Counted from the first letter of the stretch, positions 17,309 to 29,337 are shown. The stretch is 50,274 bases of DNA from Atribacterota bacterium (GCA_038203565.1 JBBRDV010000005.1:1-50274), one strand, 5' to 3'. Notes: generated by a model from the sequence alone, not told the origin. Numbers and translations: made by a program.

Positions 17309-19744
17309 CTAAGATACCTCAACATTAAGGATATAAACTAATTTTTTTAGTTGTTTTAGCCATTGAATGGCGTTTTTATCTCCTTGGGCTGCTTTATTCT
17401 GAAATTCTTTTATTTTATTTTGATGGATTTCAAAATAGATATTTTGGGCTTTCCACAAATGCAAGGGGATGGATAGAGGGCTTAAGAGATTAAGGACCTT
17501 AATTATTTGATTGATCCTATTCAAATCCATTAGGTTCTCACGGAATTTATCGAAAGATTGATTAACCCAAGCACTTATTTTAAATCCTAAAGTAGCATGA
17601 TCAAGGTTAATAGACCAATCCTGTACTTGCTGGACTAATTTCTCTAATTTTATGAGATTAATAGCTTTCTGGGAAAATAAAACTATAAATTCTTGGTTGA
17701 TTTCATGGGCACTAATCAAAACAAGGGGTTGAGGAATAGGAATATTTAACTGGTTTAAAAATTTCATTATGCTATAATTATCAGTATAAATTTGATTAAA
17801 ATTAGCATTGATTTGTTCGAGTTTGAGATTTAGGATATCTCGAATGACCCTTCTTTGCTCGTCCTTAAACAGATGCCAGAGAGAATAATTATTGGTGCCA
17901 AAATGTTGGTCTATTAAGCGTATGGTGCCTGCTATATCACCTCGATTAAAGACTTCACTGATTTCATTCTGCATGGCCTTATAAGACGATTCATCCATCC
18001 AGCTCCTTACTCCGCCGTTTACATTATGGTCTCCTAAATGGAGGACCGTAAAGCTGATTTTATCTTCTTCCCAGGTAATTTCTGACCGGATATTTACCTG
18101 TCCAATAATCATTCTTAATTTGCCGTTTTTTAAACGATTTATTTTTTCTTGGCGGATTTGGTAACAATAAATGCTCTTTTGGTTACCATTAAAGAGAGAA
18201 GATATTGCATAATGGGCTCCCACTCTTAACAAGTCGATTATTGCTGGTTTAATCATTAAATGATAAAGTTTTGCTCCGTCTTGATAACGTGGGATATTAC
18301 TGGGGGCTTGTTCCAGTATTTTTAAATATTCTTCTTCCGTAGAATGATGGTTAAATTTCTGAATAAGCTGAATACAACGGGCAGCATATCGCAGGATCTG
18401 GATGGTTTCGATACCGGATATCTCTTCAAAAAACCAACCACAACTGTTATACATAAGCATGGCATTTTTCTGCAGTTCTAATAATGTTAATGCTTTTGTT
18501 TTTTCTTCGAAATTAAGCGGATGAAAACTGTATTCTTGCAAAAATGATTCAATGTGGTCCGGGTTTCGATTTAAAACAATTGCAATATATTCGTTTCTTG
18601 TCCGCCATACATCTTTAAAATAGGCAGAGGCTTCTTGCTCAAAGATTTGAATTGATTGATCTCTTAACCAATCCATCGACTCTCTTAAGGGTTTCCTCCA
18701 TTTCTGATGCCAGTCAGGGTGCCTGCCGCTATGACAACCACAGTCGCTTCGCCATCGTTCAATTCCATGGGTACAGCTCCAGGAGGTATTCTCCAGGATT
18801 TCTACTTCATAGACGGGGGGGTGAGATTCTAAGTATTCTCCGTAATTGGTGATAGCAGCCAGTCTGTTTTCTTCGATGTAATCTAAACAATAAGCCAGGG
18901 CCATATCTCCAAAGCGATGATGATGACCGTAAGTTTCTCCGTCTGTGGCAATATGGATTAGTTCCGGTCGGCCATTATCCTGGGAAAATGCGCTAAGCAG
19001 CCGGTTGGCCAGTTCTTTGCCATTATTTAGAATATTTCCAAAACTGACCTCGTGGGAAATAGGCCCATCATAGAAAAAAAGATGAATTGATTTCCCCGAA
19101 GGGAGTTGACATATATAAGGTTGTTTGGTGTTAAGGCATATTTTGTTTACTTCTTGCCAGGGGGTATTTTCTTTTATTTTATGAATTTTTTTAGCTTGAT
19201 GAGGGGCAAGGATGGTAAACTGAATCCCTAACTCAGCCATGATTTCCAGGGTTCGATAATCGACCGCTGTTTCCGGCAGCCACATCCCCTCAGGATATCG
19301 GCGGAAACGGGCCTGGAAATCTTTGATACCCCAGTAGATCTGGGTATATTTATCATGGTCATTGGCCAGGGGCATAATCATATGGTTGTAGGCTTGGGCA
19401 ATGGCAGAACCATGACCGTGATAACGTTCCTGACTTATTTTGTCTGCCTCCAAAACAGCTTGATAGATTTCTGGTTGATGTTTCTCCATCCAGGAGAGAA
19501 GGGTGGGGCCAAAATTAAAACTGATTCGGGAATAATTATTGATAATTTTAATAATATCCTTATCCTGGTCTAAAATGCGGGATGCGCTATTAACCTTATA
19601 ACATTCTTCGTAAATTTTTTCATTCCAATCATGAAAGGGATAAGCAGAATCCTGTAATTCAATATCTTCTAACCAGGGGTTTTCCCGGGGAGGTTGATAG
19701 AAATGGCCATGAATACAAATATATTTTTCTTGATTTTGATTCAT
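17309..19744 (-). CDS. GH57 glycoside hydrolase with DUF3536 domain
   Basis: HGHFYQPPRENPW, WLPE (nucleophile), ATDGETYGHH, SWSC.HG..RW, SCGWFF. Confidence 0.92.
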   Translation of the reverse strand: MNQNQEKYICIHGHFYQPPRENPWLEDIELQDSAYPFHDWNEKIYEECYKVNSASRILDQDKDIIKIINNYSRISFNFGPTLLSWMEKHQPEIYQAVLEADKISQERYHGHGSAIAQAYNHMIMPLANDHDKYTQIYWGIKDFQARFRRYPEGMWLPETAVDYRTLEIMAELGIQFTILAPHQAKKIHKIKENTPWQEVNKICLNTKQPYICQLPSGKSIHLFFYDGPISHEVSFGNILNNGKELANRLLSAFSQDNGRPELIHIATDGETYGHHHRFGDMALAYCLDYIEENRLAAITNYGEYLESHPPVYEVEILENTSWSCTHGIERWRSDCGCHSGRHPDWHQKWRKPLRESMDWLRDQSIQIFEQEASAYFKDVWRTRNEYIAIVLNRNPDHIESFLQEYSFHPLNFEEKTKALTLLELQKNAMLMYNSCGWFFEEISGIETIQILRYAARCIQLIQKFNHHSTEEEYLKILEQAPSNIPRYQDGAKLYHLMIKPAIIDLLRVGAHYAISSLFNGNQKSIYCYQIRQEKINRLKNGKLRMIIGQVNIRSEITWEEDKISFTVLHLGDHNVNGGVRSWMDESSYKAMQNEISEVFNRGDIAGTIRLIDQHFGTNNYSLWHLFKDEQRRVIRDILNLKLEQINANFNQIYTDNYSIMKFLNQLNIPIPQPLVLISAHEINQEFIVLFSQKAINLIKLEKLVQQVQDWSINLDHATLGFKISAWVNQSFDKFRENLMDLNRINQIIKVLNLLSPLSIPLHLWKAQNIYFEIHQNKIKEFQNKAAQGDKNAIQWLKQLKKLVYILNVEVS

Positions 19745-19852
19745 TTAATTTTTTTATTCCTTTCCTTTCCTTTAATATAATAAAGCAAAATGATAGGGAT
19801 TTAGGATTATTATTTTTTGACCTTTTAATAAATAAATCTACGGGGAGATTGG

Positions 19853-21784
19853 TCAAGTGCCTTTCTTTTTTAGAAAAAGGATACCTAAAGGAGGAAGGGT
19901 AAGGGAAAGAGAATAATCTTTTCCGTGAATGGGGGTTGGTGTTGTTTTCACCGAGCCGAGATTTCCCTGTCCACTTCCGCCGTAGATAATGGCATCACTG
20001 TTTAATTTTTCTTCCCATATTCCTTTACTCGGCACACCCACGCGGTAATGATGCCAGGGGACCGGCACAAAGTTACAGACAATCAGGACCTGGTCATCTT
20101 TTCTTTCTCCTTTTCTTAGAAAAATTAGCACAGAGTGTTCCGAATCCTTGGCGTCGATCCATTCAAATCCTTTGGCTTCAAAATCGAATTGGAAGAGTGC
20201 TTTCTCATTTTTATAAAAATAATTTAAATCTTTAATCCAGTTAAAGATTCCTTGGTGAGGAGGGGAATCAAGTAAATGCCAATCAAGGCTGGTGTCATGA
20301 TTCCACTCTTTTCTTTGCCCAAATTCTCCCCCCATAAAAAGTAATTGTTTTCCAGGGTGGGCAAACATATAACCAAACAGTAAGCGTAAATTGGCAAATT
20401 TTTTCCAATCATCACCGGGCATTTTTTCCAGTAAAGATTTTTTCCCGTGGGTAACCTCATCATGAGAGAGAGAGCTGACGAAATTTTCATTGAAAGCGTA
20501 CAGAAGACTGAAGGTCAGTTGTTGTTGATGATATTTACGGAAGACAGGGTCTTTGGAAAAATAGGACAGGGTATCATGCATCCAGCCCATATTCCATTTC
20601 ATTCCAAATCCCAGACCGCCTAAATAGAGGGGGCGGGAGACCATCGGCCAAGCGGTAGATTCTTCGGCAATGGTCAGAACATCTGGAAAATTTTGGTAGA
20701 TGACTTCATTTAATTTTTTAATGAAATCAATCGCTTCCAGATTTTCTCTACCTCCAAATTGATTGGGAATCCATTCACCCTCTTTTCGGGAATAGTCCAG
20801 ATAAAGCATAGAGGCAACAGCATCTACCCGCAGGCCGTCAATATGATATTTTTCTAACCAGAAAAGAGCGCTGCTGATTAAAAATTCTTTAACCTCATTT
20901 CTTCCATAATTAAAGATATAACTGTGCCAGTCAGGATGGAAACCTTTCTGTAGGTCGGCGTGTTCGTAAAGATGGGTACCGTCAAAATAAACCAGTCCGT
21001 ACTCATCGCCGGGGAAATGGGAAGGGACCCAATCGAGAATGACACCGATTCCCTGTTGATGAAGATATTCAACAAAATACATGAAATCCTGGGGGGAGCC
21101 GTAACGGCTGGTCGGGGCAAAATACCCCAGGGTTTGATAACCCCAGGAGCCATAAAAGGGGTGTTCCATAATCGGAAGCAGTTCAACATGGGTAAAACCC
21201 GCCTGCTTCACATAATTTGCCAGGATAGGAACTAACTTTCGGTAATCCAGAGAACCATTGGTCGAATCAAGTTGTTGCCGCCAGGAACCTAAATGTACTT
21301 CATAGACCGAAAAAGGCCGGTTTAAGTCATTATATTCTTTTCGATGACTCATCCAGGATTGGTCTTGCCAGTGATAATCTAAGTCCCATATGATCGATGC
21401 CGTTTGAGGTGGTTTTTCCCAGTAAAAGGCAAAAGGATCACCTTTATCCGCCTGGTAATTCTTATACCGGGATTTTATATGAAATTTATAACGCATTCCC
21501 TTTTCAATTTCGGAAATAAAGCCTTCCCATATGCCGCTGCCAGAATGTATTTGTTTTAACAGATGAGTATTGGATTGCCATTGATTAAAATCTCCGATAA
21601 CCGCAACTGATTCGGCATTGGGAGCCCATATGGCAAAGTAAACGCCCTCTTTCTCCTGGAATTTTATCTGATGTGCTCCTAATTTTTCATATAATCGATA
21701 ATGGGTTCCTTCTTGATGTAGATAAATATCATCTTTACTAAATAAGCTAAAATATTCCAGGTGATGGAATTTATTTTTCTTCAT
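19853..21784 (-). CDS. glgB: 1,4-alpha-glucan branching enzyme
   Basis: [40 protein letters not shown]. Confidence 0.96.
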   Translation of the reverse strand: MKKNKFHHLEYFSLFSKDDIYLHQEGTHYRLYEKLGAHQIKFQEKEGVYFAIWAPNAESVAVIGDFNQWQSNTHLLKQIHSGSGIWEGFISEIEKGMRYKFHIKSRYKNYQADKGDPFAFYWEKPPQTASIIWDLDYHWQDQSWMSHRKEYNDLNRPFSVYEVHLGSWRQQLDSTNGSLDYRKLVPILANYVKQAGFTHVELLPIMEHPFYGSWGYQTLGYFAPTSRYGSPQDFMYFVEYLHQQGIGVILDWVPSHFPGDEYGLVYFDGTHLYEHADLQKGFHPDWHSYIFNYGRNEVKEFLISSALFWLEKYHIDGLRVDAVASMLYLDYSRKEGEWIPNQFGGRENLEAIDFIKKLNEVIYQNFPDVLTIAEESTAWPMVSRPLYLGGLGFGMKWNMGWMHDTLSYFSKDPVFRKYHQQQLTFSLLYAFNENFVSSLSHDEVTHGKKSLLEKMPGDDWKKFANLRLLFGYMFAHPGKQLLFMGGEFGQRKEWNHDTSLDWHLLDSPPHQGIFNWIKDLNYFYKNEKALFQFDFEAKGFEWIDAKDSEHSVLIFLRKGERKDDQVLIVCNFVPVPWHHYRVGVPSKGIWEEKLNSDAIIYGGSGQGNLGSVKTTPTPIHGKDYSLSLTLPPLGILFLKKKGT

Positions 21785-24700
21785 TCATCTCTCCTAATTC
21801 ATATAAAATGCCTTTAAATGGAATGGGCAGCCAGTTGGGCCGGTGATTAATCTCATAACCTATTTCATAAACCGCTTTTTCCAGAAGATAGATTTTTAGC
21901 AATTGAGGTAATTGTTCCTTTTTTTCGGGTAAAAATGAAGCTTCTTTTGTATGTTCTAAATAAGATTTTAGAAAGATTTTACTAATATAGTATATCCAGA
22001 ACTTTGCCCAGGTTTCCAGAATTTGATAATTTCCAGAAATCTTTTGTTGGATGAGGGGAGCAAAAGCAGCATAATGAAAAGAACGGAGCATCCCGGCAAC
22101 ATCTTTCAAAGGACAACGTTTCAATCTTCTTTCTCCCAGTGGTCGGGCAGGTTCGCCCTCAAAATCGATAATATAGAAATCATTTCCGGTATAAAGGACC
22201 TGTCCGAGGTGATAATCACCGTGGATTCTGGTTTTCATCCCTCTTATTTTGCTGGAAAGAAGGATCTTGCAATATTGTAATATTCTGGATTCGCTGGTTA
22301 ATATTTGAGTCAGGTCATCTTGGAGATCTTCCGGAAGCTGCCTGGCATTTTTTCTTAAATCCTGAAAGGTTCTTTTAACTGAAGTCTGGATAGATTGGTA
22401 AAGAGCACGCTGATAAAGGATAGAAAAGGATTCTGGTCTAAAATCCGGATTTTCAGTGGATTGAGCTAATGATAGGTGAAGTTCTGCCGTTCTTTTACCC
22501 AGAAGGCTGATCATCTCAATATAAGGAGTGCCGATTAGCTCCTGAAAGATTTCCGGAATATCTTGCCCTAATTTATCAAAAAGGGAATTCGGAAGAGATG
22601 GCATCTTATCCAGTTCACCTATTTTAGAAAGAACCCTTTCGTAGTAACGTCCCAAGGCATCTTGTGAATAGTCCCAAGCATTTCCTACACTTTGGATAAA
22701 TGGATATAAAAAGCCCAGAGTAATTATTGAGTGGTCATTTTGTTGAAACTCGATTGCCCCGCAGAAGGCAGGAATGTTAGCAAAATTAATCTCTTCGGTT
22801 AGATATTTCCCGATTTCTAAATCAGGATTGACTCCTTCATCCAGTTTGCGGAATAATTTAAGAACGATATCCTTGTCATAAATAATTGAGGAATTACTCT
22901 GTTCAACCCCCAGTAACCTGGAATTTTGAAAGGTCGATGCCTTTTTTCGTAGTTTTTGAAAATATTTTCCGGGATAGGCTCGAATGACTCCTTGCTCACC
23001 TTTAATCATTCGCCTTCTGGCAATAAGCTGGATCAAGGTTTGGTGAAATGCAGTATCATGGACTGCATCACAGACGATACCGTCCTGGTTATCAGAATTA
23101 ACTTTAAATAAAACGGATTGCGGCATTTCACGTTGGAGGCTTTCCGCTTTTTCCTTTTCCAGATAAGAAAGGGGAAGAAGGTAATATTCTTCCAATCCTT
23201 CATCATAGCCAACTTTTAGAAAAACCAACAAAGAGGTACTATTCGCATTTTTTAGCGGTATTTTTTCTGTGATATTAACTTTTCTTATTCTTTGTGATTT
23301 TTTGCCAAACCAGCGCTGTTCTTTTAAGAAAGAGGGGATAATCGTGCTTTCCAACAGTTGGGCTGTTTTACCTTTAAAAAGGTTTAACCAGTTGGTTTGG
23401 GTAGTTATAATCGGGATTTGTTCCCTTTTTTTCGTCATTTCCACATTATCTTTTTTTTGAAGGGAAAACCAGAAATAATCATGAAATCCCATGGTTAATA
23501 TATAAGGCGTTTCCTTGATGAGCGGAAATTGATTTTTGCTGAAAACTTCTACCGGATGATATCCGGCATATTGGACTAAATCCAATTCAGCCACCTGGGA
23601 AAATCGGGATAGATTGACCACTACCAGGATAATTTCATCTTGATATCGACGAATAAAAGCCAGAATCTTGTAATTTTCCGGATGGAGAAATTCAATGCTC
23701 CCTCTCCCGAAGGCTTTATATTTTTTTCGCATATCAATTACTCTTTTCATCCACCAAAGAAATGATGTATGATTTCTCTCCTGGTTTTCCACATTCACGG
23801 TTTCATAATGATATTCCGGATCAATGATGACCGGGAGATAGAGCTTTTGGGCATTAACTCGAGAAAAACCGGCATTACGGTCTGCGCTCCATTGCATGGG
23901 CGTCCTTACCCCATTCCGGTCTCCCAGGAAATGGTCATCTCCCATGGCAATTTCGTCACCATAATAAATAGTTGGAGTCCCTGGTAGAGAAAAAAGGAGT
24001 ATATTCATAATTTCCATTTTTCTGCGGTGATTATCCAATAGGGGAGCCAGCCGTCGGCGAATACCCAAATTAATTCGGGCGGTAGTATCACGGGCGTAAA
24101 CTCGATACATGTAGTCTCTTTCCTCGTCAGTGACCATTTCCAGGGTCAATTCATCGTGGTTTCTTAAAAAAAGAGCCCATTGACAGTTTTCCGGAATTGA
24201 CGGGGTTTGTTCTAAAATATCAATAATGGGAAATCGATCCTCCATTTTTAAGGCCATAAACATGCGGGGCATTAACGGAAAGTGAAAAGCCATATGGCAG
24301 GCGTCTCCTTGACCGAAATATTGGATGGCATCTTCCGGCCATTGATTTGCTTCTGCCAGTATCATACTGTTTTGGTAATGCTTATCCATATGGGAACGTA
24401 TTTTTTTTAAGAATTCCAATGACTCCGGCAGATTTTCACAATTAGTTCCTTCTCTTTCAAATAAATAGGGAACTGCATCCAGTCGCATTCCGTCAACTCC
24501 CATTTTCATCCAGAAATCAATCACTTCCAACGTGGCCTCCTGGACCTCCGGATTATCATAATTTAAATCGGGCTGATGAGAGTAGAAACGATGCCAGTAA
24601 TAATAGCCAGATATCGGGTCTCTGGTCCAGTTGGATGATTCAAAATCTTTAAAAATAATTCGCGCCTCTTGATATTTATCCGGGGTTTCACTCCAGACAT

Positions 24701-25103
24701 AAAACTTTCCCCATTTGGAATTAGGGCCTTCCTTTCTTGCCCTTTGAAACCAGATATGCTGATCAGAGGTATGGTTTAAGACCAATTCTATAATCACTTT
24801 CATTTCCCGTCGATGTGCTTCCTTTAAAAAACGCTTGAAATGGCCCAGGTTACCATAATTGGGGTGAATATTGAAATGATCAGCAATATCATATCCATCA
24901 TCCTTTAAAGGTGATGGGAAAAAAGGAAGCAACCAGATGGTGTTAATTCCCAGACTGTCCAGGTAATCTAATTTTTCAGTTAATCCCTGAAAATCGCCGA
25001 TTCCGTCTTCGTTTTTGTCATAAAATGTTTTGACGTGAAGTTCATAGATAATGGCATCTTTGTACCATAAGGGGGTTTCCAGATAAGTTTCTTGGGTAGT
25101 CAT
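21771..25103 (-). CDS. treS: Trehalose synthase TreS fused to maltokinase (Mak/Pep2)
   Basis: N-terminal GH13 ([25 protein letters not shown]); C-terminal kinase ([25 protein letters not shown]). Confidence 0.96.
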   Translation of the reverse strand: MTTQETYLETPLWYKDAIIYELHVKTFYDKNEDGIGDFQGLTEKLDYLDSLGINTIWLLPFFPSPLKDDGYDIADHFNIHPNYGNLGHFKRFLKEAHRREMKVIIELVLNHTSDQHIWFQRARKEGPNSKWGKFYVWSETPDKYQEARIIFKDFESSNWTRDPISGYYYWHRFYSHQPDLNYDNPEVQEATLEVIDFWMKMGVDGMRLDAVPYLFEREGTNCENLPESLEFLKKIRSHMDKHYQNSMILAEANQWPEDAIQYFGQGDACHMAFHFPLMPRMFMALKMEDRFPIIDILEQTPSIPENCQWALFLRNHDELTLEMVTDEERDYMYRVYARDTTARINLGIRRRLAPLLDNHRRKMEIMNILLFSLPGTPTIYYGDEIAMGDDHFLGDRNGVRTPMQWSADRNAGFSRVNAQKLYLPVIIDPEYHYETVNVENQERNHTSFLWWMKRVIDMRKKYKAFGRGSIEFLHPENYKILAFIRRYQDEIILVVVNLSRFSQVAELDLVQYAGYHPVEVFSKNQFPLIKETPYILTMGFHDYFWFSLQKKDNVEMTKKREQIPIITTQTNWLNLFKGKTAQLLESTIIPSFLKEQRWFGKKSQRIRKVNITEKIPLKNANSTSLLVFLKVGYDEGLEEYYLLPLSYLEKEKAESLQREMPQSVLFKVNSDNQDGIVCDAVHDTAFHQTLIQLIARRRMIKGEQGVIRAYPGKYFQKLRKKASTFQNSRLLGVEQSNSSIIYDKDIVLKLFRKLDEGVNPDLEIGKYLTEEINFANIPAFCGAIEFQQNDHSIITLGFLYPFIQSVGNAWDYSQDALGRYYERVLSKIGELDKMPSLPNSLFDKLGQDIPEIFQELIGTPYIEMISLLGKRTAELHLSLAQSTENPDFRPESFSILYQRALYQSIQTSVKRTFQDLRKNARQLPEDLQDDLTQILTSESRILQYCKILLSSKIRGMKTRIHGDYHLGQVLYTGNDFYIIDFEGEPARPLGERRLKRCPLKDVAGMLRSFHYAAFAPLIQQKISGNYQILETWAKFWIYYISKIFLKSYLEHTKEASFLPEKKEQLPQLLKIYLLEKAVYEIGYEINHRPNWLPIPFKGILYELGEMNEEK

Positions 25104-25115
25104 GAGGCTCCCTCC

Positions 25116-27113
25116 TTAGATGAAATAATCAAAGTCAGTTTCTTTCTTAAGTTTTTTTTTAATTTTAAGGATATGAGCAGGGAGGATATTCGGATTTAAT
25201 TCCACGTAATTGTATTCACCCTGCCAGATATATTGATCGCCTCCCAACAGGTCCTGGGCCAGGAAGGGTTGATTCGGATCAATGCCGATTTCAGCCAGCG
25301 GGATCTGAGCCCATCCGGACTGGGTATAATTGGGATCTAGATTAATAACGATTAAAATAATATTGGAAAGGTCTGCCGTGAACTTACCGAAATAAAGCAG
25401 GTTATCATTATCAATATGATAAAACTTAAGATTATTGGTCATCTGTAAGGCAGGATTTTCCCGTCTGATTTGATTGATTCGGGTAATAAAATCCCGGGTA
25501 CTCTCCTGGATATCTTCATTTTTCCATTGTTTTATTTCATATTTCTCCGAATTTAGATATTCTTCTTTTTCGGAAACCGCCTGGCTAATGAATCGTTCAT
25601 AGGGCGGTGCGTAAATTCCATAGTTGGAGGATAAAGTTGCGGCTAAGATTAAGCGAATAAAGAAAGATGGCCGGCCTCCTAATTGCAGATATTCCGGCAG
25701 AATATCCGGGGTATTGGGCCAAAAATTGGGCTGAAAATATTCTTTTACCCTGGTATTGATCAGTTCATTCAGGTATTCCATTAATTCATGTTTGGTATTT
25801 CTCCAGGTGAAATAGGTATAGGATTGGGTAAAACCGATTTTAGCCAGATGATACATCACTTTAGGCCGGGTAAAAGCTTCTGCCAGAAAGATGATCTCCG
25901 GATATTGTGCTTTTACCTGACCAATCAGCCATTCCCAGAATAAAAAGGGTTTGGTATGAGGATTATCGACGCGAAAGATTTTAATCCCTTGTTCTATCCA
26001 GTAAAGGGTAATTTTCTTGAGCTCTTGCCATAATTCTTGCCAGTGATCTGTTTCAAAATCAAAAGGAACGATATCCTCATATTTTTTCGGCGGATTTTCG
26101 GCATACTGGATGGTTCCGTCAGCCCGCCATCTAAACCATTCTGAATGGGTTTTAATATAAGGATGATCCTGGGAACATTGAAAAGCCAGATCCAGGGCTA
26201 TTTCAATGCCATATTCTTTTGCTTTTTTGATCAATCGATGTAAATCATTTAGGTTTCCCAGTTGGGGATGAATAGCCATATGGCCGCCTGTTTCATCCCC
26301 GATTGCCCAGGGACTCCCCGGGTCTCCCTTTTGGGTAGTTATGGCATTATTATTCCCCTTGCGGCGGGTCTTTCCAATGGGATGAATAGGGGGGAAATAC
26401 AGAATGTCAAAACCCATATTAGCAATTTCAGGCAGGATCTTTTCACAATCCAAAAAAGTGCCATGCTGGTTTATTTCTGGTGAACAGGAACGGGGAAACA
26501 GCTCATACCAGGCGCTGAATAAAGCTTTTTTTCGATCGACTATCACCTTTAATTCCTGGGGATAGCGGGTTTTCTGATTTTTTAAAGGATTTTCTTCGAT
26601 AATAACTGTCAGTAGTTTATCTTGGAGAACGGCCATTAATTTTTCGGGGCGATCTTCTTCCTTTAATCTGACAATTAGTTGGGCAAGATATTTTCCTTCC
26701 TTTAGGGTTATTTGCTGGATTAATCTTTCCAGGAGAGGAATAACGCTTAAAATATCAACTTTGATTTTTTCCTGTGCTTGAAATTTTTTTTGGATATCTT
26801 TCAGCCAGGTCATTAAATGATCGATCCACGCTTCGATAGTGTACTCGTATATTCCGATTTCTTCGACTGTGAATTCTCCAGACCACCGGTCATTTCCCAG
26901 GAAATTCATCGGAGAAAATTGCCATTTTTCTTTCCCTTGTTTTCGAAACAGAAGGACGGCTCTGATCTGGTCATGACCGTCGGCAAAGATATCCGCTGTG
27001 ACCTTTACTTTTTCTCCGATAATTCTATTGATGGGGAAATAACCACCATCGATTTCAGGCTGGACATGCTCAATGACCACCCGGGTTTTTCCATTTTTAT
27101 CAAGGTAATGAAT
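25116..27113 (-). CDS. glgE: Alpha-1,4-glucan:maltose-1-phosphate maltosyltransferase (start proposed at ATT 27113; ORF-track GTG is 27080)
   Basis: WYELFPRS, PPIHPIG, AENPPKKYEDI, FRVDNPHTKP, AEAFTRP, NTPDIL, NSEKYE. Confidence 0.95.
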   Translation of the reverse strand: MHYLDKNGKTRVVIEHVQPEIDGGYFPINRIIGEKVKVTADIFADGHDQIRAVLLFRKQGKEKWQFSPMNFLGNDRWSGEFTVEEIGIYEYTIEAWIDHLMTWLKDIQKKFQAQEKIKVDILSVIPLLERLIQQITLKEGKYLAQLIVRLKEEDRPEKLMAVLQDKLLTVIIEENPLKNQKTRYPQELKVIVDRKKALFSAWYELFPRSCSPEINQHGTFLDCEKILPEIANMGFDILYFPPIHPIGKTRRKGNNNAITTQKGDPGSPWAIGDETGGHMAIHPQLGNLNDLHRLIKKAKEYGIEIALDLAFQCSQDHPYIKTHSEWFRWRADGTIQYAENPPKKYEDIVPFDFETDHWQELWQELKKITLYWIEQGIKIFRVDNPHTKPFLFWEWLIGQVKAQYPEIIFLAEAFTRPKVMYHLAKIGFTQSYTYFTWRNTKHELMEYLNELINTRVKEYFQPNFWPNTPDILPEYLQLGGRPSFFIRLILAATLSSNYGIYAPPYERFISQAVSEKEEYLNSEKYEIKQWKNEDIQESTRDFITRINQIRRENPALQMTNNLKFYHIDNDNLLYFGKFTADLSNIILIVINLDPNYTQSGWAQIPLAEIGIDPNQPFLAQDLLGGDQYIWQGEYNYVELNPNILPAHILKIKKKLKKETDFDYFI

Positions 27114-27132
27114 AAGAAGAGTCCTTTCTATT

Positions 27133-27417
27133 TTAATTTTGGATATATTTTTCCATTGATTTTAACATACTATTCGGATAACGGGCCTGGCCTATTCTGC
27201 GAGCCAGCTCTTTTTCTCCGAATACATCGCGAATCCAGCTGGCAAAATCATTATGCTGCTCATTTACATGAAAGGAAAATAAATCCTGGTCCATATCTTT
27301 TAAACTTTCCATTAATTCAGCGATATTTTTTAGTTTTTTACCATTGTTTAAATAAAAATAATGCTGTGTTGATGAAGCCTCTTGGCCGATATCGATATTC
27401 TTGTATTTTTTTACCAT
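27133..27417 (-). CDS. DUF5752-like small protein
   Basis: F...G....N..EL...L.......F..H......NDFA.WIRDVFG..ELA..I pattern; SD GGAGG; first gene of the glg/tre operon. Confidence 0.75.
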   Translation of the reverse strand: MVKKYKNIDIGQEASSTQHYFYLNNGKKLKNIAELMESLKDMDQDLFSFHVNEQHNDFASWIRDVFGEKELARRIGQARYPNSMLKSMEKYIQN

Positions 27418-27487
27418 TTCTTTTCTAACCTCCTATTTTTTTTAATCCATCTAATTTTCATGATGAATTTGCAAATCTTCTCTTTGT

Positions 27488-27516
27488 ATGATACCATTTT
27501 ACACGCCACATATCAA
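27488..27516 (-). promoter_or_regulatory. Sigma70-type promoter for the DUF5752-glgE-treS-glgB operon
   Basis: TTGATA-17 nt-TATCAT with a TG extension. Confidence 0.65.
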
Positions 27517-27592
27517 GGGAACTAATTGTTTTTTTATTTTTCAGCGCTAAAGAACGGCAAAATTATTAATTTTTTATTTGAAAGGAGTACTT

Positions 27593-29311
27593 ATGGAAGC
27601 TAAGAAAGGATACGTTTTTTCACCGTTTGAAGTTATGAAAAAGGATAAAAAAATTGCCTATTTTTCCATGGAGATATGTGTTGACGCCAAAATTCCCACT
27701 TACAGTGGCGGATTGGGAATTTTAGCCGGTGATATGATTCGCTCTGCTGCAGACTTAAGGGTACCTATGGTGGGGATAACTCTTCTTTATAAAAAGGGTT
27801 ATCTGTATCAAAGAGTCGGAAAGGATGGGATTCAGCAGGAATTACCTGAAGAATGGAACCCTCAAGATTATATGCAATTATTACCTCCTAAGATTGAAAT
27901 CGAAATTGAGGGGAGAAAGGTAGAGGTTCAAGCCTGGCTTATTTATATAGAGGGCCTGGATAATTATAATATTCCCGTCTTTTTTTTAGATACAGATTTA
28001 GCCGAAAATAGCCCTTATGATCGTAGTCTTTCCTATTCTTTATATGGGGGGGATGAAAGATATCGGCTTGCCCAGGAAATTATCTTAGGGATTGGAGGAG
28101 TCAAGATGCTTAGAGAGCTGGGATTTAACCATATAAATAAATATCATATGAATGAAGGACATTCCAGTTTACTGACTTTGGAACTGCTCAACCATTATAA
28201 CCATCAGGAGGAAGGGTGGAGTAACCGGGCTATCGAAAAGGTCAAAAAATTATGCATCTTTACTACTCATACCCCGGTATCGGCCGGTATGGACCAATTT
28301 TCTTATGAATTGGTGGGAAAAGTTTTAGGAAGATTTGTCCCTGATTCCTTATTAAAAGAACTCGGTGGAAAAGAACGCTTGAATATGACAGCGCTTGCCC
28401 TTAACCTGAGTCATTATGTAAATGGTGTAGCTAAAAAACACGGGGAAGTTTCCCAGGAGATGTTTCCCGGATACCATATTGAGGCAATTACCAATGGGGT
28501 TCATTCGGCAACCTGGGTAGGTCCTCATTTTCAGAAACTCTATGATCGCTATATTCCAGGATGGAGAAGCGATTCTTTTAGTTTGCGTTATGCCTTGAGT
28601 ATACCGGATGAGGAGGTATGGAAAACTCATCAGGAAGCGAAAAAAATACTGGTTGATAGTATTTTTCAAGAAACAGGGGTCCAATTAGATCCAGAAGTTT
28701 TGACTATTGGTTTTGCCAGGAGAGCGACAGCTTATAAACGGGCAGATTTAATCTTTTATGATATCAATAGGCTGGTAGATATTTCCAGAAAGTATGGAAA
28801 AATCCAGCTGGTCTTCTCTGGTAAAGCCCATCCTAAAGATTGGTCGGGGAAGGAATTAATTCGAAAGATTGTTCAGATCTCCCAGCAACTTCGAGGGCAA
28901 ATTGAGGTGGTTTATCTGGAAAATTACAATATAAATTTAGCCAAGCGAATGGTTTCAGGGGTGGATCTATGGCTTAATACCCCCAAGAAACCCCAAGAGG
29001 CATCGGGTACTTCAGGAATGAAAGCAGCTCATAATGGCATACCCAGTTTGAGCATTTTAGATGGATGGTGGATTGAAGGTTGTATTGAAGGATTTACCGG
29101 GTGGTCCATTGGGTCAGCACCCGATATCGAAAGTAGTGATCAGGAAGATGCAGATTCTTTATATGACAAATTGCAAAATACAGTCATTCCAATATATTAC
29201 CAGAATAGAGGAAAATGGATTAATATCATGCGTCATTGTATTGCTATAAATGCTTCCTTTTTTAATACTCAGCGCATGGTTCTGCAATACGTATTAGATG
29301 CTTATTTGTAG
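27593..29311 (+). CDS. glgP: Alpha-glucan phosphorylase (short GT35 type)
   Basis: AYFSME, YSGGLGILAGD, NEGH, FTTHTPV, ITNGVH, GFARR...YKR, EASGTSGMK; ATG 27593 has SD AAGGAG. Confidence 0.95.
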   Translation: MEAKKGYVFSPFEVMKKDKKIAYFSMEICVDAKIPTYSGGLGILAGDMIRSAADLRVPMVGITLLYKKGYLYQRVGKDGIQQELPEEWNPQDYMQLLPPKIEIEIEGRKVEVQAWLIYIEGLDNYNIPVFFLDTDLAENSPYDRSLSYSLYGGDERYRLAQEIILGIGGVKMLRELGFNHINKYHMNEGHSSLLTLELLNHYNHQEEGWSNRAIEKVKKLCIFTTHTPVSAGMDQFSYELVGKVLGRFVPDSLLKELGGKERLNMTALALNLSHYVNGVAKKHGEVSQEMFPGYHIEAITNGVHSATWVGPHFQKLYDRYIPGWRSDSFSLRYALSIPDEEVWKTHQEAKKILVDSIFQETGVQLDPEVLTIGFARRATAYKRADLIFYDINRLVDISRKYGKIQLVFSGKAHPKDWSGKELIRKIVQISQQLRGQIEVVYLENYNINLAKRMVSGVDLWLNTPKKPQEASGTSGMKAAHNGIPSLSILDGWWIEGCIEGFTGWSIGSAPDIESSDQEDADSLYDKLQNTVIPIYYQNRGKWINIMRHCIAINASFFNTQRMVLQYVLDAYL

Positions 29312-29326
29312 TAAATTGCAGATGCA

Positions 29327-29337
29327 TGTGGTATAAT
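29327..29337 (+). promoter_or_regulatory. Extended -10 promoter for the otsA fusion gene
   Basis: TGTGGTATAAT in the glgP-otsA spacer. Confidence 0.55.

Noticed and set aside
26817..27428. 203-aa plus-strand ORF and the other shadow ORFs in the track
   Set aside because: Antisense or out-of-frame overlaps of well-supported genes, with no motifs.
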